Assembly (NCBI GenBank): GCA_965116875.1
Contig: OZ220733.1
Coordinates: 5,152,001 to 5,216,000 of the forward strand
DNA: 64,000 nucleotides
Direction of reading: 5' to 3'
DNA from: Candidatus Latescibacterota bacterium
Lineage (GTDB): Bacteria; Latescibacterota; UBA2968; GCA-2709665
The notes under the pieces are model-generated. The model saw only the letters and a list, made by a program, of their open reading frames with translations. It was not told the DNA's origin and ran no database searches. A program made the position numbers and the translations under genes. Shown here in pieces: positions 48,350-57,627 of the stretch (its first letter is position 1; every line of letters begins with the position of its first letter).

Positions 48350-49372
48350 TCAGGGCGAACGCCGCCCGGCGCGAGACCCCTCATCGCCGAACAGGAATGA
48401 AAGCAGGGCAAACCGGCGTCCGGACGTTACCTCCGTGACCTCGTGCAGGTGCGAACAGGAAAACACCACCGCTCCGCCGGCCCGCGGTCTGTAGAGGTGG
48501 GGGCCGAATTCCGGAAACCGCAGGCACCCGCCTGTATACGAGTCGTTCAGGTTCAACGTCAGCGCAAACCGGCGGTGAGCGGTCGACGGGCTGAGATTGT
48601 CCCGGTGGGCGTGAAAGAACCCTCCAAACTCGGCGTGGTAGCAGGCGATTTTGAACCCTTCAAACCGGGTGGCGCGGTACGCAAATGCGCGATGCAGTTC
48701 CGGAATCGCCCTTCGGCCGATCGTGGACGAGAGCAGCCGGACCAGTTTGTCGTCCTCTACGACATGGTCTCTCCGGCTTTTCTGTTCGACGTCGACCCGC
48801 TCGCCCCGCACCGCACCCAGCGATTGCTCCACGCCGGTTTCCACGCTGCCCCTGTTTTCCCACACCTGCATCAGAAAGTTGCAGATCTCGGGATCGAGCA
48901 CATTGGGAATCAGCAGCACCGGCGCCTGCGAGTCCACCAGCCTGGGCTCAATCCCGGCCCGGTTCGAATCCAGCACGTTTCGTACCTTGCGCGCGGCGTT
49001 TCGGGCTTCATCCAGCAATATTGACGCAAGCACGCGAAGGTTCGAATCCAGCACGAACACGACGGACGGTCCGGAATCCGAAATCCGGTACGCGGATCTC
49101 ACCACGCCTTTCGCATCCAGGAAAACCGGGTGGGGCCACCGCGGATCCGGCGCTGTTTCGTCAGCCTTGACCGCCAGGATATCCACGTCCCGTCCGTCCA
49201 GCTCGGACATGAGGTCCATAAGACGGTCATCGTCTCCCCGGTAAAATACCAGCAGCGCGGGTGCGCCGCCCGCCCTTGAATAGAACCGGGTCGGCTTGCC
49301 GTCCGGCGCCAGCGGAAGTACGAAGTCCGTTGCGCGCTCGCCTCTTTCCAGTCCATGAGAATCTGAATTCAT
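48350..49372 (-). CDS. Redoxin-like domain plus 2OG-Fe(II) oxygenase
   Basis: GERATDFVLP N-terminus; FHAHRDN, FALTLNLN...YTGG.LRFPE, HLHEVTEVTSGRR. Confidence 0.85.
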   Translation of the reverse strand: MNSDSHGLERGERATDFVLPLAPDGKPTRFYSRAGGAPALLVFYRGDDDRLMDLMSELDGRDVDILAVKADETAPDPRWPHPVFLDAKGVVRSAYRISDSGPSVVFVLDSNLRVLASILLDEARNAARKVRNVLDSNRAGIEPRLVDSQAPVLLIPNVLDPEICNFLMQVWENRGSVETGVEQSLGAVRGERVDVEQKSRRDHVVEDDKLVRLLSSTIGRRAIPELHRAFAYRATRFEGFKIACYHAEFGGFFHAHRDNLSPSTAHRRFALTLNLNDSYTGGCLRFPEFGPHLYRPRAGGAVVFSCSHLHEVTEVTSGRRFALLSFLFGDEGSRAGRRSP

Positions 49373-49497
49373 CTCACACCTGTTCAAAAACAGAGGAAAA
49401 TTCACTACGAAAGAGGCGAAACTACGAGAATACCAAAAACGAGAAAATGGCTGAAAGGCAAAGCCACAACTACGAATGGCGCGAATCTACAGGAAAT

Positions 49498-49708
49498 GAG
49501 CCTCAATCCGAAGATAGGCTTACCACAAAAAGCACAAAAGGCACAGAAGGTATAAGCGCAAAAGCGAGGCATCGAGGTCGCACGAAAGGATGGAATTCCC
49601 GCTCACGTCCAGTGACTTCAAGCGTCCGGCAACTTTGACATGAATTCGCCTTTGTTCTTCTGTATATATTCGACATTCACGTCCCAGGACAATTTCGAAT
49701 CAAGGTTA
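49498..49708 (+). mobile_element. MITE-like element copy B2
   Basis: GCCTCAATCC ... CGAATCAAGGTTA; colinear with the 29.1 kb copy. Confidence 0.78.
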
Positions 49709-49967
49709 GAACCTCATCTCCAGGAGTCCACGGTTCCTGGACAGCAGTGATACGCCCGATAATTGCAAAGCGAATGGACTCAAAGCCATCGGAATCGCAT
49801 GGGGACAAAAGATACTTCCAGTGGCGTGCGCGTCAAGACACAAAAATCCCCAACCGGTGCAGACTGCGCCGTCATGGCCGGAATTGACTGGAAACCAGAC
49901 GCCGGCGGACGGGCACAACGCGCCGGATTCCGGGGGGAACGGCGGGCTCCACCTCCTCCGAAATCCC

Positions 49968-49997
49968 TTGCAGGAAACCGCATAAGGCGCATATAAT
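49968..49997 (+). promoter_or_regulatory. Promoter of the GT4 gene
   Basis: TTGCAG-N18-TATAAT. Confidence 0.5.
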
Positions 49998-50064
49998 AGC
50001 ACAGTTATCGCGAATACTCAACAGTTGGATTGGCCGGACGCTCGCTGCTGGCCACGGACCCCCT

Positions 50065-51153
50065 ATGAACTCCAACCCGCGAATCCTCTTCATCGCCAGG
50101 CGTTATCCACCCTCGGTCGGCGGCATTCAGACCTATGCGAAAGAACTCTACACCAGGCTTTGCCAACATGGTACCGTGACGCTCGTGGCCCTGGGAGAAG
50201 ACTCAATATTTCATCTGGCGTGGTTCATGCCCTACGCGTTCTGCGCCGCCGTTTTTCACATTCTCCGGCACCGTCCCGACGTGGTTTTCTTTATGGACGG
50301 GGTTACGGCTGCCCTGGCCCCGTTTTTGCGCCCCTTCACGCCGGCCCGGTTCACCGTCACCATCCACGGCGCCGAGTTGACGTTCCGGCGCGCGTTCTTC
50401 AGCCACCTGATGCGGGCCGGCGCCCGAGCGTGCGACCGGACCGTTATGGTCAGCCGCGCCACGTCGGCGCTCGCCGTCCGAAACGGTTTGCCGGCGGAAA
50501 AAACGCGCGTCATTTATCAGGGGATCCACGCGGTCATCCCGGCCGGCGAAGCGCATCGAAGCCTGAGAGAACGATTCGAGCGGACGCACGGCCTCAACCT
50601 CCGTGAAAACCCCGTTCTCCTGAACTACGGGCGGCAGGTCCGGCGGAAGGGCGTGGCCGAATTCATCGAGACCGGCGTCCCGTTGATGAGAGATGATATT
50701 CGTCTGTTCATCAGCGGCGGCGGACCGGTGCAGAACGACATCCGCGACGCCGTCGCATCCCTGAACCTTGAGGACCGCGTCTTTGTGCTTGGCTGGCTCG
50801 ACGATCCCACGTTGGCCATGCTTCGACGGGAGGCGCAACTCTTCCTGATGCCCAACATCCACCTTCCCCACGACGCGGAAGGATTCGGCATCGCCCCGCT
50901 CGAGTGCATGTACGCCGGCCTGCCCGTGGTCTATTTCGACGTGGATGCCCTTGGCGAAAGCCTGCGCGACGGCGGCTTCCTTGTCCCGCCCGGCGATTAT
51001 CCCGCCTTTGTGGAACAGATTCACCGGTACCTGGACCTTCCTGATGAAGACAGGGAACGGGAGAGGACGCGCGTCCAGGCGTTTGTGCGGGCCGAGTACT
51101 CCTGGGAGAAGACCACGGCGGAATACATGGATGTGTTTACGGGAAGGGATTGA
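50065..51153 (+). CDS. Glycosyltransferase family 4
   Basis: YPPSVGGIQTY, GRQVRRKG, EGFGIAPLE, YSW. Confidence 0.9.
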   Translation: MNSNPRILFIARRYPPSVGGIQTYAKELYTRLCQHGTVTLVALGEDSIFHLAWFMPYAFCAAVFHILRHRPDVVFFMDGVTAALAPFLRPFTPARFTVTIHGAELTFRRAFFSHLMRAGARACDRTVMVSRATSALAVRNGLPAEKTRVIYQGIHAVIPAGEAHRSLRERFERTHGLNLRENPVLLNYGRQVRRKGVAEFIETGVPLMRDDIRLFISGGGPVQNDIRDAVASLNLEDRVFVLGWLDDPTLAMLRREAQLFLMPNIHLPHDAEGFGIAPLECMYAGLPVVYFDVDALGESLRDGGFLVPPGDYPAFVEQIHRYLDLPDEDRERERTRVQAFVRAEYSWEKTTAEYMDVFTGRD

Positions 51154-51175
51154 CCGCTTTAAAAAAATCAAACTC

Positions 51176-51878
51176 ACATGGATGGACAGGATGAGCAGGA
51201 TAGAACTGCAAGATCTGGATAAAACCGCCGGAAACGACGCGGAAAAACGGACCTAAAAGGGATACGACACCTACCGGGAGCGAGGGCATCCCTGCCCTCG
51301 ATGGCTGAAATTTGAAGTACTTGCGCCATCATTTCAGTTGCGGTATCTGGTGCGTTGGAAGCAGTCGGCCCTCCATGTAGTAATCTGTCGGATGCGCGGA
51401 GTTCGAGGGCAGGGATGCCCTCGCTCCGGATCCTGGTGGATCATATGCTGATGCGGGGCAAAAACGAAAAATGACAGCGGCAGACAGGAATGTCTGCCCC
51501 ACCCTCACGACGGATTCGGCGACGTTTTGATAAGCTACGGATGTCATTTGTCTTCGTGTCAGGCAGCCGGCATGACGCATGTTTCGATTTATTTAATTTA
51601 CATTGGGTAAATGAAGAGCGAGAGCAATGGGCATAGAAACCAGTGCAACCACGGATAGATGCAGGAACGACGTTTACGGCCCAAGAAACCAGGGCACCCA
51701 CAAGGGGCGCCCCTACACGGAACGGGTATACAATTTTCAACCAGATCGGATGAACGAATGAAATTGTAGGGGCGCCCCTTGTGGGTGCCCTGGTTTCCAA
51801 TCCTGCTTAATCCTGTTAATCCTGGTCGGTTTTGATTCTGTTCCTGGCCTTCATCCTGACTATCCTGTTCATCCATGT
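51176..51878. repeat. Nested cluster of several REP/REPIN families
   Basis: Outer IR ACATGGATGRACAGGAT; 25-bp perfect IR at 51277-51301/51403-51427; 33-bp perfect IR at 51685-51717/51765-51797; single GGCAGACAGGAATGTCTGCC palindrome. Confidence 0.85.
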
Positions 51879-51890
51879 AGGTGTGACTCG

Positions 51891-52595
51891 ATGAACAAAA
51901 GCCTTCTGACAAATCTCATATCGCTCGCTGTCGTGGGCGCAGGCGCGGTCAGCCCGGTATACCGGGATCAGATCCTGACCGTAGGCCTGTTCGCGACATC
52001 GGGAGCTCTCACGAACTGGCTGGCCGTACACATGCTCTTCGAAAAGGTGCCCGGCCTGTACGGATCCGGGGTGATCCCCGCGCGTTTCGAGGAGTTCAAG
52101 GCCGGCATTCGAAACCTCATTATGGAACAGTTCTTCACGCGGGAGAAAGTGGAGGAATTCCTCGCCGCGGATTCCCCGGACGAACCCTTCGATCCGGACC
52201 CGGTCGTCGGCGCCGTTGACTACGATCGCATCTATGCCGGTTTCGTCGACGTCGTACTCGCCTCGCCGTTTGGCGGCATGCTCGGCATTGTGGGCGGCGC
52301 CAAAGCGCTCGAACCGCTGCGCGACCCCTTCAAAAACAAGATGAAGGAGGAACTCCGCGACATGCTGCTCTCCCGCTCCTTCAGGGACGCCATGGCATCC
52401 GGCCTGCAGGGCGAGACCGGGGAAGCCCTGGTGGCCAGAGCGGAGACCATTGTCACACGCCGGCTGGAAGAACTCACGCCTCAGATGGTCAAGCAGATCG
52501 TACAGGAAATGATCCGCAAACACCTCGGCTGGCTCGTGGTCTGGGGCGGTGTCTTCGGCGGTTTCCTCGGACTCATCGCCAGTTTCTTCCGGTAA
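51891..52595 (+). CDS. DUF445 family membrane protein
   Basis: GALTNWLAVHMLFEKVPGLYGSGVIP; HLGWLVVWGGVFG. Confidence 0.85.
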   Translation: MNKSLLTNLISLAVVGAGAVSPVYRDQILTVGLFATSGALTNWLAVHMLFEKVPGLYGSGVIPARFEEFKAGIRNLIMEQFFTREKVEEFLAADSPDEPFDPDPVVGAVDYDRIYAGFVDVVLASPFGGMLGIVGGAKALEPLRDPFKNKMKEELRDMLLSRSFRDAMASGLQGETGEALVARAETIVTRRLEELTPQMVKQIVQEMIRKHLGWLVVWGGVFGGFLGLIASFFR

Positions 52596-52599
52596 TCCG

Positions 52600-54396
52600 A
52601 TGCTTGTCTACGACGGCAACTGCGGCTTCTGCACGCAATGGGTGGACCGCATTCGCGCCGCCACCGGCGACCGCGTCGAATTCGCGCCGTCGCAGGAGGT
52701 CGGCCACCGGTTTCCTCAGATATCCCCTGAGCAATTTGAAAACGCCGTCCAGTGGATCGGTCCGGACGGCGACGTCTACAGCGGCGCCAAAGCCGCACTG
52801 TGCGTACTCGCGTTTACCGGGCCAGTAGGCAAGTCGCTGTGGTGGGCCTACCGCCGCCTGCCCGGGTTCGCGGGCGCCGCGGAAGCCGCATACCGGTTGG
52901 TTGCCCGCAACCGGACAACGGTGTCCACGGTCAGCCGATGGCTCTGGGGACAGGACCTCCGCCGGCCCACGTATCGGACTTCCGCCGACCTGTTCCTGCG
53001 CGCCCTGGCCGCGATCTATCTGATCGCGTTTCTGTCGTTCTGGGTGCAGGCGCACGGCCTTATCGGCGCACAGGGCATCCTGCCGATCGAGGAATCCGTT
53101 CGACTGGCCGCGGAAAAGGACCACCCGCTCCGGTTCCCCACCCTGTTCTGGTTCAGTCAGAGCGATACGTCTATTCACGTCCTATGTGGCGCCGGAACGC
53201 TGCTCGCCGGCGTGGCCGCGATCGTTCCGGCTTGCGGGCTGTTCTTCCTGCTCCTGTGGGTGGGATATCTCTCCATTGTCACCGCCGGCGGCCCCTTTCT
53301 GTCGTTTCAGTGGGACGTCCTACTCCTCGAAGCCGGTCTGGTAGCCGTGTTTCTGGCGCCCTGGAGACTTCCAACGACGCGAGAAGCCGTCGCGCCGTCG
53401 AGACTTGTGGCCTGGCTCTATCGCTGGCTGCTGTTTCGCTTCATGTTCGCCTCCGGCGTGGTCAAACTCACCAGCGGCGATCCGACCTGGCGGGACCTGA
53501 GCGCACTCACCTATCACTACCAGACACAGCCCCTTCCAAATCCGCTGGCCTGGTACGCCCATCATCTGCCGGAAGGCGTCCACGTCGTTTCCGTATCCCT
53601 CATGTTCGCCATCGAACTGGCGGCGCCCTTCTTCATCTTCGCACCCAGGCGCCCCCGGATTGCGGCATGTGCGGTACTTGTCGCCCTGCAATTCGGGATT
53701 GCGCTTACCGGCAACTATACGTTCTTCAATCTGCTTGCGGCGGCGCTTTGCCTGTGGCTGATCGACGACGCGACCTGGCCGAAACGGCTCAGATTTTCGT
53801 CCGGTCGCGAACGTGGACACCCGGCGTCAATGCAAAGGCTGGCAGCCGTGCCCCTCGCCGCCGTGGTCGTAATCCTGAGCCTCGTGTACCTCTGCAGCTT
53901 CAGCCTGCGCCTGAAGGTGCCGTGGCCCCATCCCGTGGTCGCTCTCAACCGCGCCGTGGCCCCTTACAATATCGTGAACACCTACGGGCTGTTCCAGGTG
54001 ATGACCACGCGGCGGCCGGAAATCATCCTCGAAGGCAGCAGGGACGGCAACACCTGGCTGCCGTACGAATTCCGCTACAAACCGGGCGCTCCGGAAGGAC
54101 GGCCCCCGGTTGTGGCGCCGCACCAGCCCCGCCTGGACTGGCAGATGTGGTTCGCCGCCCTCGGCCACTACCGGCAGAGTCCATGGATCGTCCCCCTCTG
54201 TCGACGACTCCTTGAAGGATCCCCGCCGGTTACCGGCCTGTTCGCCCGGAACCCGTTTCCGGAACATCCCCCGCGATACCTGCGGGGACAGTTGTACGAC
54301 TATCGATTCACGACCCCGGACGAAAAACGCCGGACGGGCGACTGGTGGATACGTACCTATCAGGAGACCTATCTGTCGAAGATTCAGCTGGAGTAG
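52600..54396 (+). CDS. DCC1-like thiol-disulfide oxidoreductase fused to lipase maturation factor (LMF1)
   Basis: YDGNCGFC; FQWDVLLLEAG, FASGVVKL, HYQTQPLP, TGNYTFFN, APHQPRLDWQMWFAAL. Confidence 0.88.
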   Translation: MLVYDGNCGFCTQWVDRIRAATGDRVEFAPSQEVGHRFPQISPEQFENAVQWIGPDGDVYSGAKAALCVLAFTGPVGKSLWWAYRRLPGFAGAAEAAYRLVARNRTTVSTVSRWLWGQDLRRPTYRTSADLFLRALAAIYLIAFLSFWVQAHGLIGAQGILPIEESVRLAAEKDHPLRFPTLFWFSQSDTSIHVLCGAGTLLAGVAAIVPACGLFFLLLWVGYLSIVTAGGPFLSFQWDVLLLEAGLVAVFLAPWRLPTTREAVAPSRLVAWLYRWLLFRFMFASGVVKLTSGDPTWRDLSALTYHYQTQPLPNPLAWYAHHLPEGVHVVSVSLMFAIELAAPFFIFAPRRPRIAACAVLVALQFGIALTGNYTFFNLLAAALCLWLIDDATWPKRLRFSSGRERGHPASMQRLAAVPLAAVVVILSLVYLCSFSLRLKVPWPHPVVALNRAVAPYNIVNTYGLFQVMTTRRPEIILEGSRDGNTWLPYEFRYKPGAPEGRPPVVAPHQPRLDWQMWFAALGHYRQSPWIVPLCRRLLEGSPPVTGLFARNPFPEHPPRYLRGQLYDYRFTTPDEKRRTGDWWIRTYQETYLSKIQLE

Positions 54397-54505
54397 CCGG
54401 AAGGGATACCAGGTGGGTTCGGGCGAGGCGCCGGATTGCCGCCGGCTCACGGGAACGCGAGAAATCCGGGCGGTTTCCGCATCCTGGCGTGCCTGCGGAC
54501 AGTGT

Positions 54506-55462
54506 TCATGTCCTGAGCGCGTTTTTGACCACGGCCGCAATTTCGGGATATTGATGCGGCGTTTCCAGGCTGCACAGGACCACGTGGTCTTCGACGTACC
54601 TGCCCGCGATTTCAAACTCCGCACGCACGCGATCGGGAAAACGCACCAGGTACGGATCGGAATAGAGCCCGATAAACGGAACGAACGTGTTCCGATTCGC
54701 GTCCTCGAGCCGCTTCATCTCAGCGGTCTCGAATTCAACGCGCTCCAGGCTCCAGCGAGGCGGATAGAACCAGGAAATCGTTTGCGTACAGAAATCCAGC
54801 CGCAGCCTGTTTCCGTAGTACTCGTTGGGGTGGAATGGCGGCCACACGTGGTTGGTTACAATCGCATCCGGTTTGACCGTCTTCGCGTGTTCGTACAAGA
54901 CTTCGGATATCCTGACCAGGCTCGCCTCAGACATCCGTGCAAGCAGTTGGGGTTCGTGCGCCTCGGGCTGTTCGGCGGCCATCGTCTTCCGGATGGCCGC
55001 GCATCGATCGCAGAAACACCCATAGTGGTTTCTGAAGCCGAAACCGTCGAACGAAACGCCGTCCGCGACGTCCAGCGCCCGGCTCACCCGTTCCTTCAGG
55101 AACGACCTCGAAGCCTCGTGCTCGAAGCACAGCGTGGCGCCGTCCTGCACGATGGAAAACCACCGGTGCGACAAAAGCTGGAAGTTGGCTGGGCCCCCCT
55201 CGTGTCCGGCGCGGACGATCTCGTCCTCGGCGGGGAGCAGCCGCTGCAAACATTCCGGATGGGCCGCGGCGAACGCGTCTGAAGGCCGCGCATACACGAT
55301 CGCGACGATTCTGACGCCCAACGCCTCGCCGCGCCGCGCCATCACCTCGGAAGGGTCCCGCACGATCAGGGTATCGAAGCCCAGATCGCTGGCGAATTCC
55401 ACGATCTCCCGCTGTTGTGTCTCCGTTTCAACGGGCAGGTGCCAATCCCACGCCGCCTTCAT
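54506..55462 (-). CDS. Hypothetical protein, possibly a glycoside-hydrolase-like TIM barrel
   Basis: LGFDTLI, LCF, DGVSFD, GCFCDRC Zn-type motif. Confidence 0.45.
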   Translation of the reverse strand: MKAAWDWHLPVETETQQREIVEFASDLGFDTLIVRDPSEVMARRGEALGVRIVAIVYARPSDAFAAAHPECLQRLLPAEDEIVRAGHEGGPANFQLLSHRWFSIVQDGATLCFEHEASRSFLKERVSRALDVADGVSFDGFGFRNHYGCFCDRCAAIRKTMAAEQPEAHEPQLLARMSEASLVRISEVLYEHAKTVKPDAIVTNHVWPPFHPNEYYGNRLRLDFCTQTISWFYPPRWSLERVEFETAEMKRLEDANRNTFVPFIGLYSDPYLVRFPDRVRAEFEIAGRYVEDHVVLCSLETPHQYPEIAAVVKNALRT

Positions 55463-55570
55463 GTTTTCACCCCGTAAAATCCCGCGCTGTTGTTCCGTCC
55501 GAGAAATTCCTTATCGTACATACGGCGATTCATCCCATCTTGTTGTGTTCTCTTCGCCTGGCGAAACGTG

Positions 55571-55716
55571 GTCATTGAGCATGCCTGCATTGAGCTTGTC
55601 GAAATGTCGAAATGCACGCGTTTCGTATTTCGTCCGGTACTCTTCCCCGCCGTTCGACGACCCTTCGACCCTTCGACAGGCTCAGGGACCGCAAGCTCAG
55701 GGAGCGGCTCAGGGCT
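55571..55716. repeat. Self-nested REP inverted pair (TTCGACARGCTCA family)
   Basis: CATTGAGC...CATTGAGCTTGTCGAAAT-GTCGAAATG and TTCGAC x3 ... GCTCAGGG x3. Confidence 0.7.
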
Positions 55717-55739
55717 CACGCGCGGGTTCCTGAGCCTTC

Positions 55740-56909
55740 CTAAGGCGCCGCCTTCCCGATCGCATCCGCCATCTTTCGAACCCGGGCCTGCGTATTGTCG
55801 GGATGCATCGGGATCAACACGGTCCGGCTCAAGATGTCCAGGGAATCGCTGCACATATCCATAGTGTAGGTCACATTCAGCTTCCGGTTCGACGGGAAGT
55901 TGTAGGGATTCATGTCCGGATGATGCGCCCCCTGTTTTCTCATGACCGGGTCCCACCGGGTATAGACGTGCCGCCCGGTATCGATGGGCAGAAATCCGCG
56001 CACGCCATTTCCGCCAAGACCGTCCGCGAAAGCCCTCGCCGATTCCTCTTTCGGAAAGATGAAACCCAGATTGCTGGCGCATTCATACGCCAGGCTGTTG
56101 TTGATGATGGAGGTCAGGCCCGCGGTCCTGCCGGCCTCCAGCAATTGTCGTTTATGGGCGCCCATCTTCTCCAGCATCCCGTCGAGGCGCCGCAACTGCG
56201 CGTTCAGAATGGCGCCCGAGACTTCCGGGGCCCTGAAATTCTGCCCGGCGAACTGCTCATCCTCTTTCTTCTGATCCGGATTCCAGTAGAACGAGCAGCA
56301 ATCCGACGCCACGGAGCCCCGTCCGAAGACCGCCTTGTTGCCGGTGACGAACGCCCCTCCCTCGCCGCTGGAGATATTCTTGTAGAAGTTGAAACTGAAG
56401 GCGCCCGCGTGCCCGATCGATCCCAGCATCCTTCCTTCGTACGCGCCGCCCACCGCCTGGCATGCGTCCTCGAGTATGAGCAGCTTGTGCCTGCGCGCAA
56501 CGCGCATCAGCGCCTTCATGTTGCACGGCAGACCCCACATATGTACGGGAATGATCGCCTTTGTATTGGGCGACAGCCTGCGTTCCACGTCTTCCGCCGA
56601 GAGCGTGATCGACTCGTCCACGTCGGCAACAACGGGTATGGCGCCGGCCGACAGTACCGCCAGCGCAGTGGCCATATAGGTACATGCCGGGACGATGACT
56701 TCATCGCCGGGACCCACCTTCAGTCCCACCAGCGCGCAATACAACGCGGACGTCCCGCTGGTTGTCATCCTGGCGTACTTCACGCCCAGGTGCTTCGCCC
56801 AACTCGCCTCGAACCGCTCGCACTCTCCCGTCCGTCCGTACCGAAAGAGGCCTCCGTCTCTGAACAATTTCTCAACACGCCTCAGCTCAAGGTCGCCGAT
56901 GCGATACAT
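55740..56909 (-). CDS. DegT/DnrJ/EryC1/StrS PLP aminotransferase
   Basis: SGTSAL, GPGDEVIVP, PVHMWG, EDACQA, FSFNFYKNISSGEGG. Confidence 0.92.
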   Translation of the reverse strand: MYRIGDLELRRVEKLFRDGGLFRYGRTGECERFEASWAKHLGVKYARMTTSGTSALYCALVGLKVGPGDEVIVPACTYMATALAVLSAGAIPVVADVDESITLSAEDVERRLSPNTKAIIPVHMWGLPCNMKALMRVARRHKLLILEDACQAVGGAYEGRMLGSIGHAGAFSFNFYKNISSGEGGAFVTGNKAVFGRGSVASDCCSFYWNPDQKKEDEQFAGQNFRAPEVSGAILNAQLRRLDGMLEKMGAHKRQLLEAGRTAGLTSIINNSLAYECASNLGFIFPKEESARAFADGLGGNGVRGFLPIDTGRHVYTRWDPVMRKQGAHHPDMNPYNFPSNRKLNVTYTMDMCSDSLDILSRTVLIPMHPDNTQARVRKMADAIGKAAP

Positions 56910-56927
56910 GGCACCCCCCGCTTCGAT

Positions 56928-57557
56928 TTACGCGCCGCTTTCCCGCGCCTGCAGTTGCCTGAACGCATACGCGTACGCCAGGAGCGTCGCAGGTACGGTA
57001 AGCAACAGTCCAACCACCAGACAAAGGAAACCGGCGACATTGATCAGCACCGTGAGCAGACCGAAAAGAAACAGGCGCCACCTCGCGCCCCTGGTCGTTG
57101 CGGCGCTTTGGCGAAGCGACACAACCACGCCGGCGCCGTCGTCCACGATGTGATAGGCATAAAACAGAAACAGTATCATTAGGAAGATTCCCGGCACGAT
57201 CAGCAGAGCCAGGCCGACAAGCACCATCAGTGTCGCGAGAAGGGTCGCGATAAAGTACGTGGGCGCCAATGGATAATGGATGAAGAGATCCGTGACGCGC
57301 GCCGTACGACCGTCGGCGAAACGCAGGGAAATCGCTGCCAACCCGACGTCCATGATCATGCCGGCAACCAATGCGACGATACCGGCGACGAACGCCCAAC
57401 CCTCCGAGTATGCATTCACCTTGTAGACTGCGCCATTCAGGCCCACAGTGATGGCCAGGTACAGAAACCCGATGCTGAGAAAATACCCCAGATTGTCCAA
57501 TGTTGTCCGCCAACCGAAGCGGAGCGCCCCGGCAATGGAGAACCCGTGTGCATTCAT
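56928..57557 (-). CDS. Integral membrane protein (DUF975-like)
   Basis: GLALLIVPGI, SLRQS...TRGARWRLF, G..CLVVGLL.T.P. Confidence 0.7.
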   Translation of the reverse strand: MNAHGFSIAGALRFGWRTTLDNLGYFLSIGFLYLAITVGLNGAVYKVNAYSEGWAFVAGIVALVAGMIMDVGLAAISLRFADGRTARVTDLFIHYPLAPTYFIATLLATLMVLVGLALLIVPGIFLMILFLFYAYHIVDDGAGVVVSLRQSAATTRGARWRLFLFGLLTVLINVAGFLCLVVGLLLTVPATLLAYAYAFRQLQARESGA

Positions 57558-57627
57558 AGCCGCCAACCGTTTCGCAGACAAGGGAATCCTGCATCGATAC
57601 CGGCGAGACAGGGGTTGTACTTTCCGG

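Noticed and set aside
51154-51890. Possible CRISPR array
   Set aside because: The repeats are inverted pairs from different families, not direct repeats with regular spacers, and there are no cas genes in the window.
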